Virus record (IMG/VR): IMGVR_UViG_3300025159_000682
Span: 1-27,490 of that record
Strand: one strand, 5' to 3'
DNA length: 27,490 nt
Origin: a virus
The position numbers were made by a program, and so were the translations under genes. Below are positions 9,082 to 16,881 of this stretch, one piece after another (position 1 is the stretch's first letter; the number at the start of each line of letters is the position of its first letter). The notes beneath the pieces are model-generated. The model was not told where the DNA came from. It ran no database searches and saw only the letters and a program-made list of their open reading frames with translations.

Positions 9082-10569
9082 TCAGATCGCGATGTCGAGA
9101 ATGCTTACCTCTTTGCGGCGCACAAGCGCAGCGTTTGGGGAGCCACGAGGAGCCATATCGTCCTTGCACCAGGTATAGCCAACTTTGATCTCTACGGGAA
9201 CGCGAAGTGCTCGACCGTGGATAAAGATGGGGTTGTTCATAAGAGCAAGAACGCAATCGTGAACTTCATCATCGTTCTCATCGAACTGATAAACGAAGGA
9301 GTCATGGACCTGGTTGAGAACCTGAATACGGCCTTCGTGCAGATCCAGTTCTTGCCAAACCTTCATCAACCCAAGATCTAGGTTATCTACAATAATGGAC
9401 TGTGGGGTGTATGCAACCGCCTCGCGCAAAGTTGCATCGTCATGAAGACGGCCGAAGAAATAGCGCTGCCGACCATAGGAGGTGGTGAGTTTTCCGCTTG
9501 CTTGAATCAGCTCCTGCACGTTGTGATGATAGCGACGGATGCCAGAGAAGACTTCAAAATAGCCGCTCTGAAACTCCTCAGCAATGTCCTTCTCTATTTT
9601 GAGGTGTTTTGCGATCGTGAAGGGTGTGGCAACGTAGTTACTAGCATGTCCACCACGCTTGGCAAGATCTCGTCGAGAGAAATGGCGGTAAAATATCTGT
9701 TCCGCCAGCGCCTTATCCCTTTTGTCATCACCAGTCCATACCACATCCTTCCAGACGAGTCTCGCAGTGAAAGTATGCAAATCCCCGGATTCGCAAGCGG
9801 CGATGTAAGCTTCATCACGAGCCAGATACGCGACTGCGCGGGATTCTGCTTGAGCCAAGTCAATCTCAGCCAGTTTCTTACCTGGGTCAGCAACGAACAT
9901 CCTCCTCATCTTATTAGTAATGTTTTGAAAGTTGGTGCCTGTGCCGAAGGCGTTTTTATTCGACGCCCACCGACCCGTTTCAGTCATCTTCGGGCGGTAG
10001 CCGCAGCGCATTCGCCCGTCAGAATCTACACCAAGTTTGAGGATACCGATGAGCTTGGCTATGTCACGCAGCTTGAGAATGCAATTGATGAAGGGTTCAG
10101 TGTAAAAATAGATCTCGCGCAACTTCTCAAGCGCCTCTCGATCGGTCGTTTGACGCCTTTCGCCCTTGACGTTTTTGTATTGAATTGGGAGCTGCATGAA
10201 ATCGTAAAAAAACGACATCAATTGCTTTGGTGACGCCTGGTTGAGCCCGCTTCCCCAAAGAGCCTCTGCAAGGCGTTGAAGGATTGAATCGACCCTGGTA
10301 AATTGTTTGTCTAGGTTGTAGAGATTCTCAGCACGCGCGGCCTGATCAATCAAAAAGCCCCGCGCCATCATCGCTAGCGCGGGGCCTTGCATAGCAAAGT
10401 CGAAGCGGTAAGTACGTTCTGTTATAGGCATCAACTGCTGGTCAAGAATGCCATTTATCTCGGCAGTGAGACAACAGTCGAGGCCACAATAGATCCAATC
10501 TTGCTCCTCAGGATTGAACTTCGATGTCTCCCCCGGCGCCAGTGATCCAGTGTTGATTACCTTCGCCAT
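9082..10569 (-). CDS. polA: Family A DNA polymerase, 495 aa, carrying only the ExoIII part of the 3'-5' exonuclease
   Basis: TETGRWAS, motif A DLAQAESR, motif B RDLAKRGGHASNYV, motif C QVHDS. N-terminal WIYCGLDCCLT matches ExoIII (YxxxD). ATG10569 follows a GGGGG RBS. Confidence 0.95.
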   Translation of the reverse strand: MAKVINTGSLAPGETSKFNPEEQDWIYCGLDCCLTAEINGILDQQLMPITERTYRFDFAMQGPALAMMARGFLIDQAARAENLYNLDKQFTRVDSILQRLAEALWGSGLNQASPKQLMSFFYDFMQLPIQYKNVKGERRQTTDREALEKLREIYFYTEPFINCILKLRDIAKLIGILKLGVDSDGRMRCGYRPKMTETGRWASNKNAFGTGTNFQNITNKMRRMFVADPGKKLAEIDLAQAESRAVAYLARDEAYIAACESGDLHTFTARLVWKDVVWTGDDKRDKALAEQIFYRHFSRRDLAKRGGHASNYVATPFTIAKHLKIEKDIAEEFQSGYFEVFSGIRRYHHNVQELIQASGKLTTSYGRQRYFFGRLHDDATLREAVAYTPQSIIVDNLDLGLMKVWQELDLHEGRIQVLNQVHDSFVYQFDENDDEVHDCVLALMNNPIFIHGRALRVPVEIKVGYTWCKDDMAPRGSPNAALVRRKEVSILDIAI

Positions 10570-10891
10570 TGTTAGGCCCCCGTTTGATAATGTAGCGGAA
10601 CTCGACAGGGATCTTAGCAAAAGGAGCCATCTTGAGTAGATAACTCGTAGATGGTCCAATGCCGTGATCTGCGTAAACGACCAAACGCTCGCACCTACGC
10701 ATCACAAGATGTTCGGCATAAGATAGTGCCGTTGGCGCGAGCTTTTGAACGTGCTCATACATAAGGTCGCCGTTGATTGGGACTTCCCCGCGCAGAAAGG
10801 AGTCCCGAAGCACTTTGAGCCTGTATCGTCGCATCAAGCTCTGGTGTGCGGCGGGCGGGCACGAAACGTAGACGACAGGATGGTTAGTCAT
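10508..10891 (-). CDS. Small phage protein of nucleoside-2-deoxyribosyltransferase-like (DUF4406/DUF7768-type) family, 127 aa
   Basis: Pattern VVYVSCP...RDSFLRGEVP...MY...RRCERLVVYADHGIGPS...IPVEFRYI. ATG10891 overlaps the UDG stop; the 3' end overlaps polA by 62 nt. Confidence 0.6.
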   Translation of the reverse strand: MTNHPVVYVSCPPAAHQSLMRRYRLKVLRDSFLRGEVPINGDLMYEHVQKLAPTALSYAEHLVMRRCERLVVYADHGIGPSTSYLLKMAPFAKIPVEFRYIIKRGPNNGEGNQHWITGAGGDIEVQS

Positions 10892-11972
10892 CTTTATCTT
10901 CCATCTTACGTCCACGAGATCGCTCAAGCTTCCAGGCCACCTCGTCGGTGTAGACACTGCCCATGAAATGAAGGTCTTTTGGGAGTTCGGGCTGGATAGC
11001 GTGGTGTTTGATCTGCGTGTCCTCGCGGAAGTTACGTGGAGACATTTTGAAAACTGTGCGAAGCCAAATAGTGTCGTAGACACCACCCTGCATCAGCTTC
11101 GGCACGTCTGACTCAACTATGTGCTTGCACCAGAGGTAAGCAGCCTTCTCTTCCTCGAAGGTCGGCCAATAGTTGTAATTCGGCTTAGTCGTATCATGAA
11201 AAGGTACAACGATGCCGATGGACTTATTCACGGCGAAGCCGATACAGCGCAAGATTCTTGGCCGTCTAGTCTCAATGTCAACGCTAAGGAGTTGGCAATG
11301 TGGCATGTAAGTGGCCTCGAACGTGTACAGGTCTTCGATCGTGGGTGCTATCCACAACTCCCGCTCAGGCCGCCGAATTCCATCGAAGGTTGCGTGGCGT
11401 TTAGCCTTCAATAAGTCCGCGAGGACTGATGTGCGAACTTCATAATTGCGGAGGACGTGTGCGGGATGGAAGGTTGGAACGATTTTAGCGGGCACCAAGG
11501 TAGCGAAGTTGACATATCCTCTGGCCTTAGTAATTTTGGGGATGGTCAAGGTCAGAGCCCACAAGGCCGTATTGCCCATAGGTACAATGACACGAGGCTT
11601 GAACGCCTCCAGCTCGGCCCGAAGTCGATCGAGGCTGTAACAATATTCGGGCCTGACGTATTTGCCAGGCTCTACAGGCGGTAAAGGATAGTCGGCAGGA
11701 AGATCGGATTTACTACAACAGATGTTCCCAACCTTGTTATCTGGCAACTTGAAGTTGAAAACATTCGCAATGAGGGACTCTGACCGAAGAATACCTGCGT
11801 GGTGGAGGAGAGAATTGAACTCTTGACCAGATGAACCAACCAATGGTCGCCCCTGCTCAACCTCATCAATACCTGGAGCTTCGGCAACAAAGGCCATTTC
11901 GTTCGAGACGATTGGGAATTCAGATGGGACGATTGGATCATCTGTTGGTTTTGGCAAGTGCTCATGTGTCAC
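10884..11972 (-). CDS. Family-4-like uracil-DNA glycosylase fused to the N-terminal part (ExoI + ExoII) of a DnaQ-like 3'-5' exonuclease, about 362 aa
   Basis: UDG motifs AEAPG..E..GRPLVG.SG, ANV, PMGNTAL, PTFHPAHVLR. Then SVDIET (ExoI), QGGVYD (ExoII) and EDT....H...PELPKDL. Probable GTG start at 11972. Confidence 0.9.
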   Translation of the reverse strand: MTHEHLPKPTDDPIVPSEFPIVSNEMAFVAEAPGIDEVEQGRPLVGSSGQEFNSLLHHAGILRSESLIANVFNFKLPDNKVGNICCSKSDLPADYPLPPVEPGKYVRPEYCYSLDRLRAELEAFKPRVIVPMGNTALWALTLTIPKITKARGYVNFATLVPAKIVPTFHPAHVLRNYEVRTSVLADLLKAKRHATFDGIRRPERELWIAPTIEDLYTFEATYMPHCQLLSVDIETRRPRILRCIGFAVNKSIGIVVPFHDTTKPNYNYWPTFEEEKAAYLWCKHIVESDVPKLMQGGVYDTIWLRTVFKMSPRNFREDTQIKHHAIQPELPKDLHFMGSVYTDEVAWKLERSRGRKMEDKDD

Positions 11973-13338
11973 GATCGTCACCCTTTTCAAGCTTGTTCAA
12001 CCAAGCTGAGTGGGCCGCCTGCAATGACAGCTCCACACACTCGGGGTTGATATCGGCGCCAAGGATTCGACCAGCACCGCACTGAATACCGGCGACAAGC
12101 GCAGATCCGGCCCCACAGGTGGGGTCGAACAATGCCGTAGACTTATCTATGAGCATCGAGAAGAACTTCGCGAGCATACCAGCTGGTTTTTCAGACAAAT
12201 GGCGCGATTTGGTCTTCTCTAGGGGCCAGGTTACAACGTTTGGTACGGCCCTTACAATCTTGCGGTCGCCCTTGGTGATGAGCAGCGCAGTTTCATAGAC
12301 TTGGCGCGGGCCTCTTTGTGGGTCTGGCAAAATGCCGCGGAGATCAGACTTGAACCAGATCAAAGGAAATGGGTTTACTGTAAGGCCAACTCCCTCAAAT
12401 GCCTCCACCGTCTCAGTGTAGTATTTCATTGAGAACCAAAACATGATGTGAGCATCTGGTTGCAATAGCTTGTCTTGATTCTCAACTAGCGTGGAAAGGA
12501 GCTTGAAATAGACCTCGGGAGTGTCTTCGTACTTTACGGACTCCCAATTGTCTGCCGAACCCTGTTCAGATTCGTTGTGGTAGATGCCGTAAGGGAAATC
12601 ACAGTGTAAAAAGTTGAATCTGTACCCGCCAAATTCCTCACACACCTTCTCGAAACTTTTCTCGATGACCGGAACATGCTGCTGAAATTTTCTCTGGATG
12701 GTCGAACCGGCAGTGATGGCGTTGTCGAAGATTTGATCCATCTCATCTGATTCGAGATCAGTCGCGTGGTCGTCTGGCATCGCGGCCATCATCTTTTGTA
12801 CATCTGCGTCGATTGCGCGGGCTCGGCGCCGCTCAAGAATGTTGTATGCGGCGGAGAAAGTCTCACACCTTTCTAGCTCAATGTCGCCGCGTCGGATAGC
12901 CTCCATGATTTCGAGTCTCTTCACTACGGGTGCGCGTGAGAGGCCGATAGCCTCAGCACACTTATCAATCGTGAATGAAGGATCGAGACCCTTTCGGAAC
13001 TGAAAATACTCATCAACTGCGCCGGCCTCTTCCTGCCATGTAAGGTCGCTGCGCTTGATGTTTTCTTCGAGCTCAATAAGCCTAAGATCGCCTGGCTCCA
13101 TCTCGTCGGAGAACTGACATGGAACGAGCACATCCTCGGTGTAAATCTTTCGTAATGCAAGAAGCCGTCTGTGGCCCGCAACGAGGACATACTCGCGTGT
13201 GATGACGAGAGGATGGATTAGGCCAAGACGGCGAATAGAATCAGCAAGGGAATCTATGTCACGAAAGTTTTTTCTCTGCCTGCCCTCCGATACTACGATC
13301 CGACCCAGCGCAACCTGGTGAAATTCTCCGCTTGTCAA
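11962..13338 (-). CDS. ParB/Srx N-terminal domain + HTH + beta-class N6A/N4C DNA methyltransferase fusion, 458 aa
   Basis: TTG13338 with GAGGAG. ParB motifs GLIHPL and VAGHRRL; HTH TIDKCAEAIGLSRAPVVKRL; motif IV DFPY precedes motif I FDPTCGAGS; H..EKP motif. Confidence 0.88.
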   Translation of the reverse strand: MTSGEFHQVALGRIVVSEGRQRKNFRDIDSLADSIRRLGLIHPLVITREYVLVAGHRRLLALRKIYTEDVLVPCQFSDEMEPGDLRLIELEENIKRSDLTWQEEAGAVDEYFQFRKGLDPSFTIDKCAEAIGLSRAPVVKRLEIMEAIRRGDIELERCETFSAAYNILERRRARAIDADVQKMMAAMPDDHATDLESDEMDQIFDNAITAGSTIQRKFQQHVPVIEKSFEKVCEEFGGYRFNFLHCDFPYGIYHNESEQGSADNWESVKYEDTPEVYFKLLSTLVENQDKLLQPDAHIMFWFSMKYYTETVEAFEGVGLTVNPFPLIWFKSDLRGILPDPQRGPRQVYETALLITKGDRKIVRAVPNVVTWPLEKTKSRHLSEKPAGMLAKFFSMLIDKSTALFDPTCGAGSALVAGIQCGAGRILGADINPECVELSLQAAHSAWLNKLEKGDDRDT

Positions 13339-13528
13339 GACCTGCTCCTCTCGTGTAGCTGTACACAACCAGTTCGTCGCTGATGGCAGTTAGGCGCTGG
13401 CGAGCCTTGTGCCACTCGTCGCGCGTATAAAACTCGGACGTTTCTAGTAGCTCGCCTGGAAGTTTCCAAGTTACTACCCAAGAACCGGCTTCAGTTCTCT
13501 CAACGGCAATGAAGGCGATACGTTCCAT
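13259..13528 (-). CDS. Hypothetical protein, about 89 aa
   Basis: GAGGA RBS before ATG13528 and it fills the gap after a terminator, but it overlaps the methyltransferase start by 80 nt. Confidence 0.4.
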   Translation of the reverse strand: MERIAFIAVERTEAGSWVVTWKLPGELLETSEFYTRDEWHKARQRLTAISDELVVYSYTRGAGLDKRRISPGCAGSDRSIGGQAEKKLS

Positions 13529-13539
13529 TTGTTTCCTCA

Positions 13540-13585
13540 CAAAGCAGGGGGGCCGAGGACAACGGCAAAACCTCGACCCCCCTGC
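13540..13585 (-). terminator. Intrinsic terminator after the SSB gene
   Basis: 15-bp stem GCAGGGGGGTCGAGG / CCTCGGCCCCCCTGC. Its single imperfection is a G-U pair only on the - strand. Followed by TTTGT. Confidence 0.7.
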
Positions 13586-13618
13586 CGGGGCACCAGATTA
13601 GACTTAGATTATCTAACC

Positions 13619-14065
13619 CTATGCCACCTTGGAAAAGCCCTGAATCCGGGCCAGGTTCACGCTCGGGTCGCGCTGAGCAGGTTCGTGGCCGACATAGACG
13701 TTGACCATCGAGCCGACCGCTTCACTGAGCGCCTGCTTGAACGTCCGCCCCTCGAGGCTGATTCCGCACGCCGCGAGAAAGTCCTTGACGTAGTTGAGCG
13801 CATCCTGATCCTTGACCCAGAAGCTGTGCGTCAGCTTGAGCCCTTTGATCTCCTTGACCTTGGCAAACTCGCGCAGAGCTTCCGCATCCACGTCAGTACC
13901 CGCGGAGACGATGCCGAAGACCACTTCGATACCCTTGGTCTTCTTCTTCGAGGAGGTAACCTCCTTGAAGCTCTTCATCTGCGCAGTATACGTTCCGATG
14001 GGTTGCGTGACGCGCTGCACGGAGGTTACATCGGTGTTCAGGAGATCTGCAAAGTTGGCACTCAT
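13619..14065 (-). CDS. Single-stranded DNA-binding protein (DUF669-like OB fold), 148 aa
   Basis: P.GTY.A..., FWV...AL..VKDFL.ACG, G..V.V.V.HE pattern. Lies directly after the Sak4-like ATPase, with an AAGGA RBS. Confidence 0.6.
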   Translation of the reverse strand: MSANFADLLNTDVTSVQRVTQPIGTYTAQMKSFKEVTSSKKKTKGIEVVFGIVSAGTDVDAEALREFAKVKEIKGLKLTHSFWVKDQDALNYVKDFLAACGISLEGRTFKQALSEAVGSMVNVYVGHEPAQRDPSVNLARIQGFSKVA

Positions 14066-14095
14066 GGCTGTTTCCTTACTTGGGTTTGTGTTAGG

Positions 14096-14980
14096 TTACT
14101 TGTTTCCTTCGCCTCTAGCAGCTTTTCGAGCTAGGGTGAAGTAGGTTGCGAGTCCGCCCTTACCGCCGTTGAGCTGGATCTCGCGAGGAATGATGAGGGG
14201 CGAGGGGTTCTTGAGTTCGATCTCTTCGTCCGAGGTAGTCTCAATGACGTGAAGCTGACCGCGCGTTCGGCAACGCAGCACTGCATTGAAGTATCGACCT
14301 ACCTTTGGTGGGAGCTTGTTGCCAAGGGCGCTTGGATAAGCCTTCGCATCACCTGCATCGACGGATTGAATCTTCACTTCGCCCCTAGAGTTGGTCACCT
14401 CAATTTGCTTCTTCGGCGCGATGTGAGCAATATGAGCAGTCATCAAGACGTTGCATTTGACAGAATTCGAGAACAACAACTCGAGCGTCTTTTCCTGCAT
14501 CTCCATTGCCGGGCCATAGAATCCCCAATCGGACTCGAGCAACGCCTCATTAGCGGCCTTGACGTAGTGAAGGCAAGCCACTCCCATCATCGTCAGCGAG
14601 TCGCAGACGAAGAGGGTGTTCGCTTCCCAACTCATGATCGAGCCATAGGATTTGCCATCAGAGACCCAATTGTCGAGAAGCCTCATTCCTCTAGCATAGG
14701 CCGCATTTGGATCGTTCTTTGCGATCATGGGGATGGGAGGGCCGTTGGAGATGGGCTTCATCTTGTCGGTCAGTGTCTCAAAAATGATCCTATCACGCTT
14801 GTCGGGGTCGAGATATCCGTGGAGGATGTCTAGCCCGTTGTCCCAATCCTGAATGAACACGCGCTCAACAACGTTTTCATTGAGCAACGCAGCGATTGTG
14901 CCAGTTTTGCCAGAGCCGGAGTCGCCGACGAGTAGGATCTTTGCAATGTCCGCGGCGTGGTGGTCGCTAAAGCTTGCCAT
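14096..14980 (-). CDS. AAA_24 / Sak4-like RecA-fold ATPase (recombinase), 294 aa
   Basis: ATG14980. Walker A GDSGSGKT, D.DNG, Walker B VCDSLT, NVLMTAH, P..LG..L..KV..YF motifs. Confidence 0.8.
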   Translation of the reverse strand: MASFSDHHAADIAKILLVGDSGSGKTGTIAALLNENVVERVFIQDWDNGLDILHGYLDPDKRDRIIFETLTDKMKPISNGPPIPMIAKNDPNAAYARGMRLLDNWVSDGKSYGSIMSWEANTLFVCDSLTMMGVACLHYVKAANEALLESDWGFYGPAMEMQEKTLELLFSNSVKCNVLMTAHIAHIAPKKQIEVTNSRGEVKIQSVDAGDAKAYPSALGNKLPPKVGRYFNAVLRCRTRGQLHVIETTSDEEIELKNPSPLIIPREIQLNGGKGGLATYFTLARKAARGEGNK

Positions 14981-14984
14981 TGTG

Positions 14985-15911
14985 CTACGCCTCTCTGCTG
15001 ATGAGTGGGTTCCACTCTCGTTTAGTGAAGTCTTGTGGCGAGCCAGTAAGCCACTGGTCGCGCGTGGAGGGGTCCTTCGAGCATATATCCCTAAAAGTGC
15101 ATCCTCCCCACTTGTCGCACGACTCAAGGTTCATAGGCCAAAAACCCTTCTCCGCATATTGTTCGGCCATCTTTAGCCACTCACCAGTGTTATCCATCCA
15201 CTCGTGAAGCTGGTTTGGCGTTCGAGTGATAAATAGCCTTACGAAGCGGTTGAAGTTGACCTTTAGCTCGATCCCGTCAATCATGGCTGTACGTGTTCCG
15301 CCGCCCGGCAGGATCGTAGAAGAGCCGAGGATATAGCCGTTGAGCTGGTTGTTGGGGCTGAATCGCTTAGTGAAGTTTTGATCAAGCCCACTCTTCGTGG
15401 ACTTTATGTCTGAGATGATGATGTCACCCTGAAACTTCACAACTCTATCAATGTGACCACACCAGAAATAGGGTGTTCCATCTGGAGATTCGAGTGGGAG
15501 GGCGAATCGAAACGATAGTTCTACTGCTGGCTCACCGTTGCTCAAGATAAGGGTCTCGGCAGGGTCATTGCGGAAGAGGTCTAAGTACCAAATAACCCCT
15601 CTGGCAAGGTTGAAGTGGTTATAAAGCGTATCTCCCGTAGCCCACTGACCCTTTGTGTTGAGGCAAAATCGAACGGTCTGTAGCATTGCGTCGTCGTAGT
15701 CGACTCCCTTTGCACGAAGCCTGTGATACTTCTCGATAGCCTTGTGCACGGCGATGCCAAAGTCTAGTTGAGCCTTTGCTCTCACCGCTACCCACTGGTC
15801 GAGAATCGTGTATTGGTACTTCCGCGGGCATTCCTGAAACAGCTTGAATGAGGTCGAGTCCCATGCGATCTGCAAACGTGGCAGCTTCTCAGAGAACATG
15901 GACTCATCCAT
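14985..15911 (-). CDS. PD-(D/E)XK exonuclease, Cas4/AddB-like, 308 aa
   Basis: ATG15911. CPRKYQY, FG.AVH, GHIDRV...ISDIKS, QL.GY, and C-terminal C.....GC.FRDIC. The four Cys are consistent with an Fe-S cluster. Confidence 0.85.
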   Translation of the reverse strand: MDESMFSEKLPRLQIAWDSTSFKLFQECPRKYQYTILDQWVAVRAKAQLDFGIAVHKAIEKYHRLRAKGVDYDDAMLQTVRFCLNTKGQWATGDTLYNHFNLARGVIWYLDLFRNDPAETLILSNGEPAVELSFRFALPLESPDGTPYFWCGHIDRVVKFQGDIIISDIKSTKSGLDQNFTKRFSPNNQLNGYILGSSTILPGGGTRTAMIDGIELKVNFNRFVRLFITRTPNQLHEWMDNTGEWLKMAEQYAEKGFWPMNLESCDKWGGCTFRDICSKDPSTRDQWLTGSPQDFTKREWNPLISREA

Positions 15912-16221
15912 TGTCGTCGCTCCCGAAGTATTCCTTCTTGAGGATCTCATCAAGACCCTCGACTTGAAGATCAAGAAAATCTTCCATAGAAGTGTCTTTC
16001 TTGATACCCTTGGATGTCTTGACCTTGCGGCCCTGGGTCTTGGCGGTACGGTCTTCCGCGGCGAAGCGGCCGCGTACTTGACGCATCTCTTCAATTAGGC
16101 GAGCTACCTCTGCGTCATTGAGGTCTACTGGGTCCTTAGCAAAGAGTTCATTGATCTTCGCTTTGGAGGCTGCCTCTATTTCTTCGAGGTTTCTAGGATC
16201 GGGGAGCTCTTCGCTTGCCAT
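15904..16221 (-). CDS. Hypothetical protein, 105 aa (helical N-terminus, Lys-rich linker, acidic tail)
   Basis: GGAG RBS, ordinary phage-like composition, 8-nt overlap with the nuclease start. Confidence 0.75.
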   Translation of the reverse strand: MASEELPDPRNLEEIEAASKAKINELFAKDPVDLNDAEVARLIEEMRQVRGRFAAEDRTAKTQGRKVKTSKGIKKDTSMEDFLDLQVEGLDEILKKEYFGSDDNG

Positions 16222-16427
16222 TGTTCTAGCTCCTTGATTTTTGCTTTGAGGGAGTCTCTACAGTACCATAACCGGGCCGAACTGTCAAGAGGTTTGACAA
16301 ATACGGCCCCGCTCAAGTCGAACTGTACTTCGTATCCTCCGCAGCCTCCGCACTCTGGGCATTCGAGGCCGCAGATTTCTCCGAATCCAGCGCAGCCACT
16401 GCAATCGACTGTATCAACATAGGACAT
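16176..16427 (-). CDS. Small protein with DnaJ-type zinc finger, about 83 aa
   Basis: CSGCAGFG...CPECGGCG is a double CxxCxGxG motif. Confidence 0.6.
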   Translation of the reverse strand: MSYVDTVDCSGCAGFGEICGLECPECGGCGGYEVQFDLSGAVFVKPLDSSARLWYCRDSLKAKIKELEQWQAKSSPILETSKK

Positions 16428-16579
16428 ACACAATGAGCCTCACATCGCCAACAGTCAAGGCAGATTGATAAGTTGGAACATTGATGACCGGCTTGACGAC
16501 CGGCACCACCGTCTCGCGAGCGACCTACCACTATGACTTTTGAACAGATCGGGTGTTTTGAACATCTTATCCGCCTCAC
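16313..16579 (-). CDS. Cys/His-rich hypothetical protein, 88 aa
   Basis: GTGA coupling to the RHH stop. Motifs CxxHxxC and CxxCxxCxxHCxC. Overlaps the next gene by 115 nt, so uncertain. Confidence 0.4.
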   Translation of the reverse strand: MRRIRCSKHPICSKVIVVGRSRDGGAGRQAGHQCSNLSICLDCWRCEAHCVCPMLIQSIAVAALDSEKSAASNAQSAEAAEDTKYSST

Positions 16580-16797
16580 CAGGATACGTCCGGCTTAGGC
16601 AAACCCTGAACAGGTGAGTCCAACCCATGATCTTGCTGAAGGTGACTTGCGGCAGTGCGCTGAAGTTGCTCAACGTGATGCCGAATCATTGCACGAAGGC
16701 CGCGGTTCAGACCAAGTGCGCTGTAAAACTCCTTAAGACGTTCGTAGTCGGAGTGGTAAATGCGCACGGTAATCTTGATAGTCTTCTCCTTACTCAT
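16576..16797 (-). CDS. Ribbon-helix-helix DNA-binding protein, 73 aa
   Basis: KITVRI strand followed by two amphipathic helices (SDYERLKEFY; LNRGLRAMIRHHVE). Confidence 0.65.
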   Translation of the reverse strand: MSKEKTIKITVRIYHSDYERLKEFYSALGLNRGLRAMIRHHVEQLQRTAASHLQQDHGLDSPVQGLPKPDVSW

Positions 16798-16800
16798 GGC

Positions 16801-16881
16801 TTATTTTCTACCCCCAAATAGTTGAACGAGCCACTCGTACAGAATAACCAACACGGTGAAGAAAATTACGTCGCCGATCAT
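16801..16881 (-). CDS. 26-aa membrane micropeptide MIGDVIFFTVLVILYEWLVQLFGGRK
   Basis: ATGA overlap with the upstream stop. One hydrophobic helix and a basic tail. Confidence 0.55.
   Translation of the reverse strand: MIGDVIFFTVLVILYEWLVQLFGGRK

Noticed and set aside
10570-10886. Self-splicing intron or intein joining UDG-Exo to polA
   Set aside because: The interval is fully occupied by a plausible protein gene; I see no group I/II core, homing endonuclease or intein motifs; polA has its own RBS and ATG. Not formally excluded without RT-PCR.
9082-13338. Z-genome (diaminopurine) or other known hypermodification pathway
   Set aside because: No PurZ, DatZ/MazZ, thymidylate-synthase-like, glycosyltransferase or queuosine-pathway gene is recognisable in the window.
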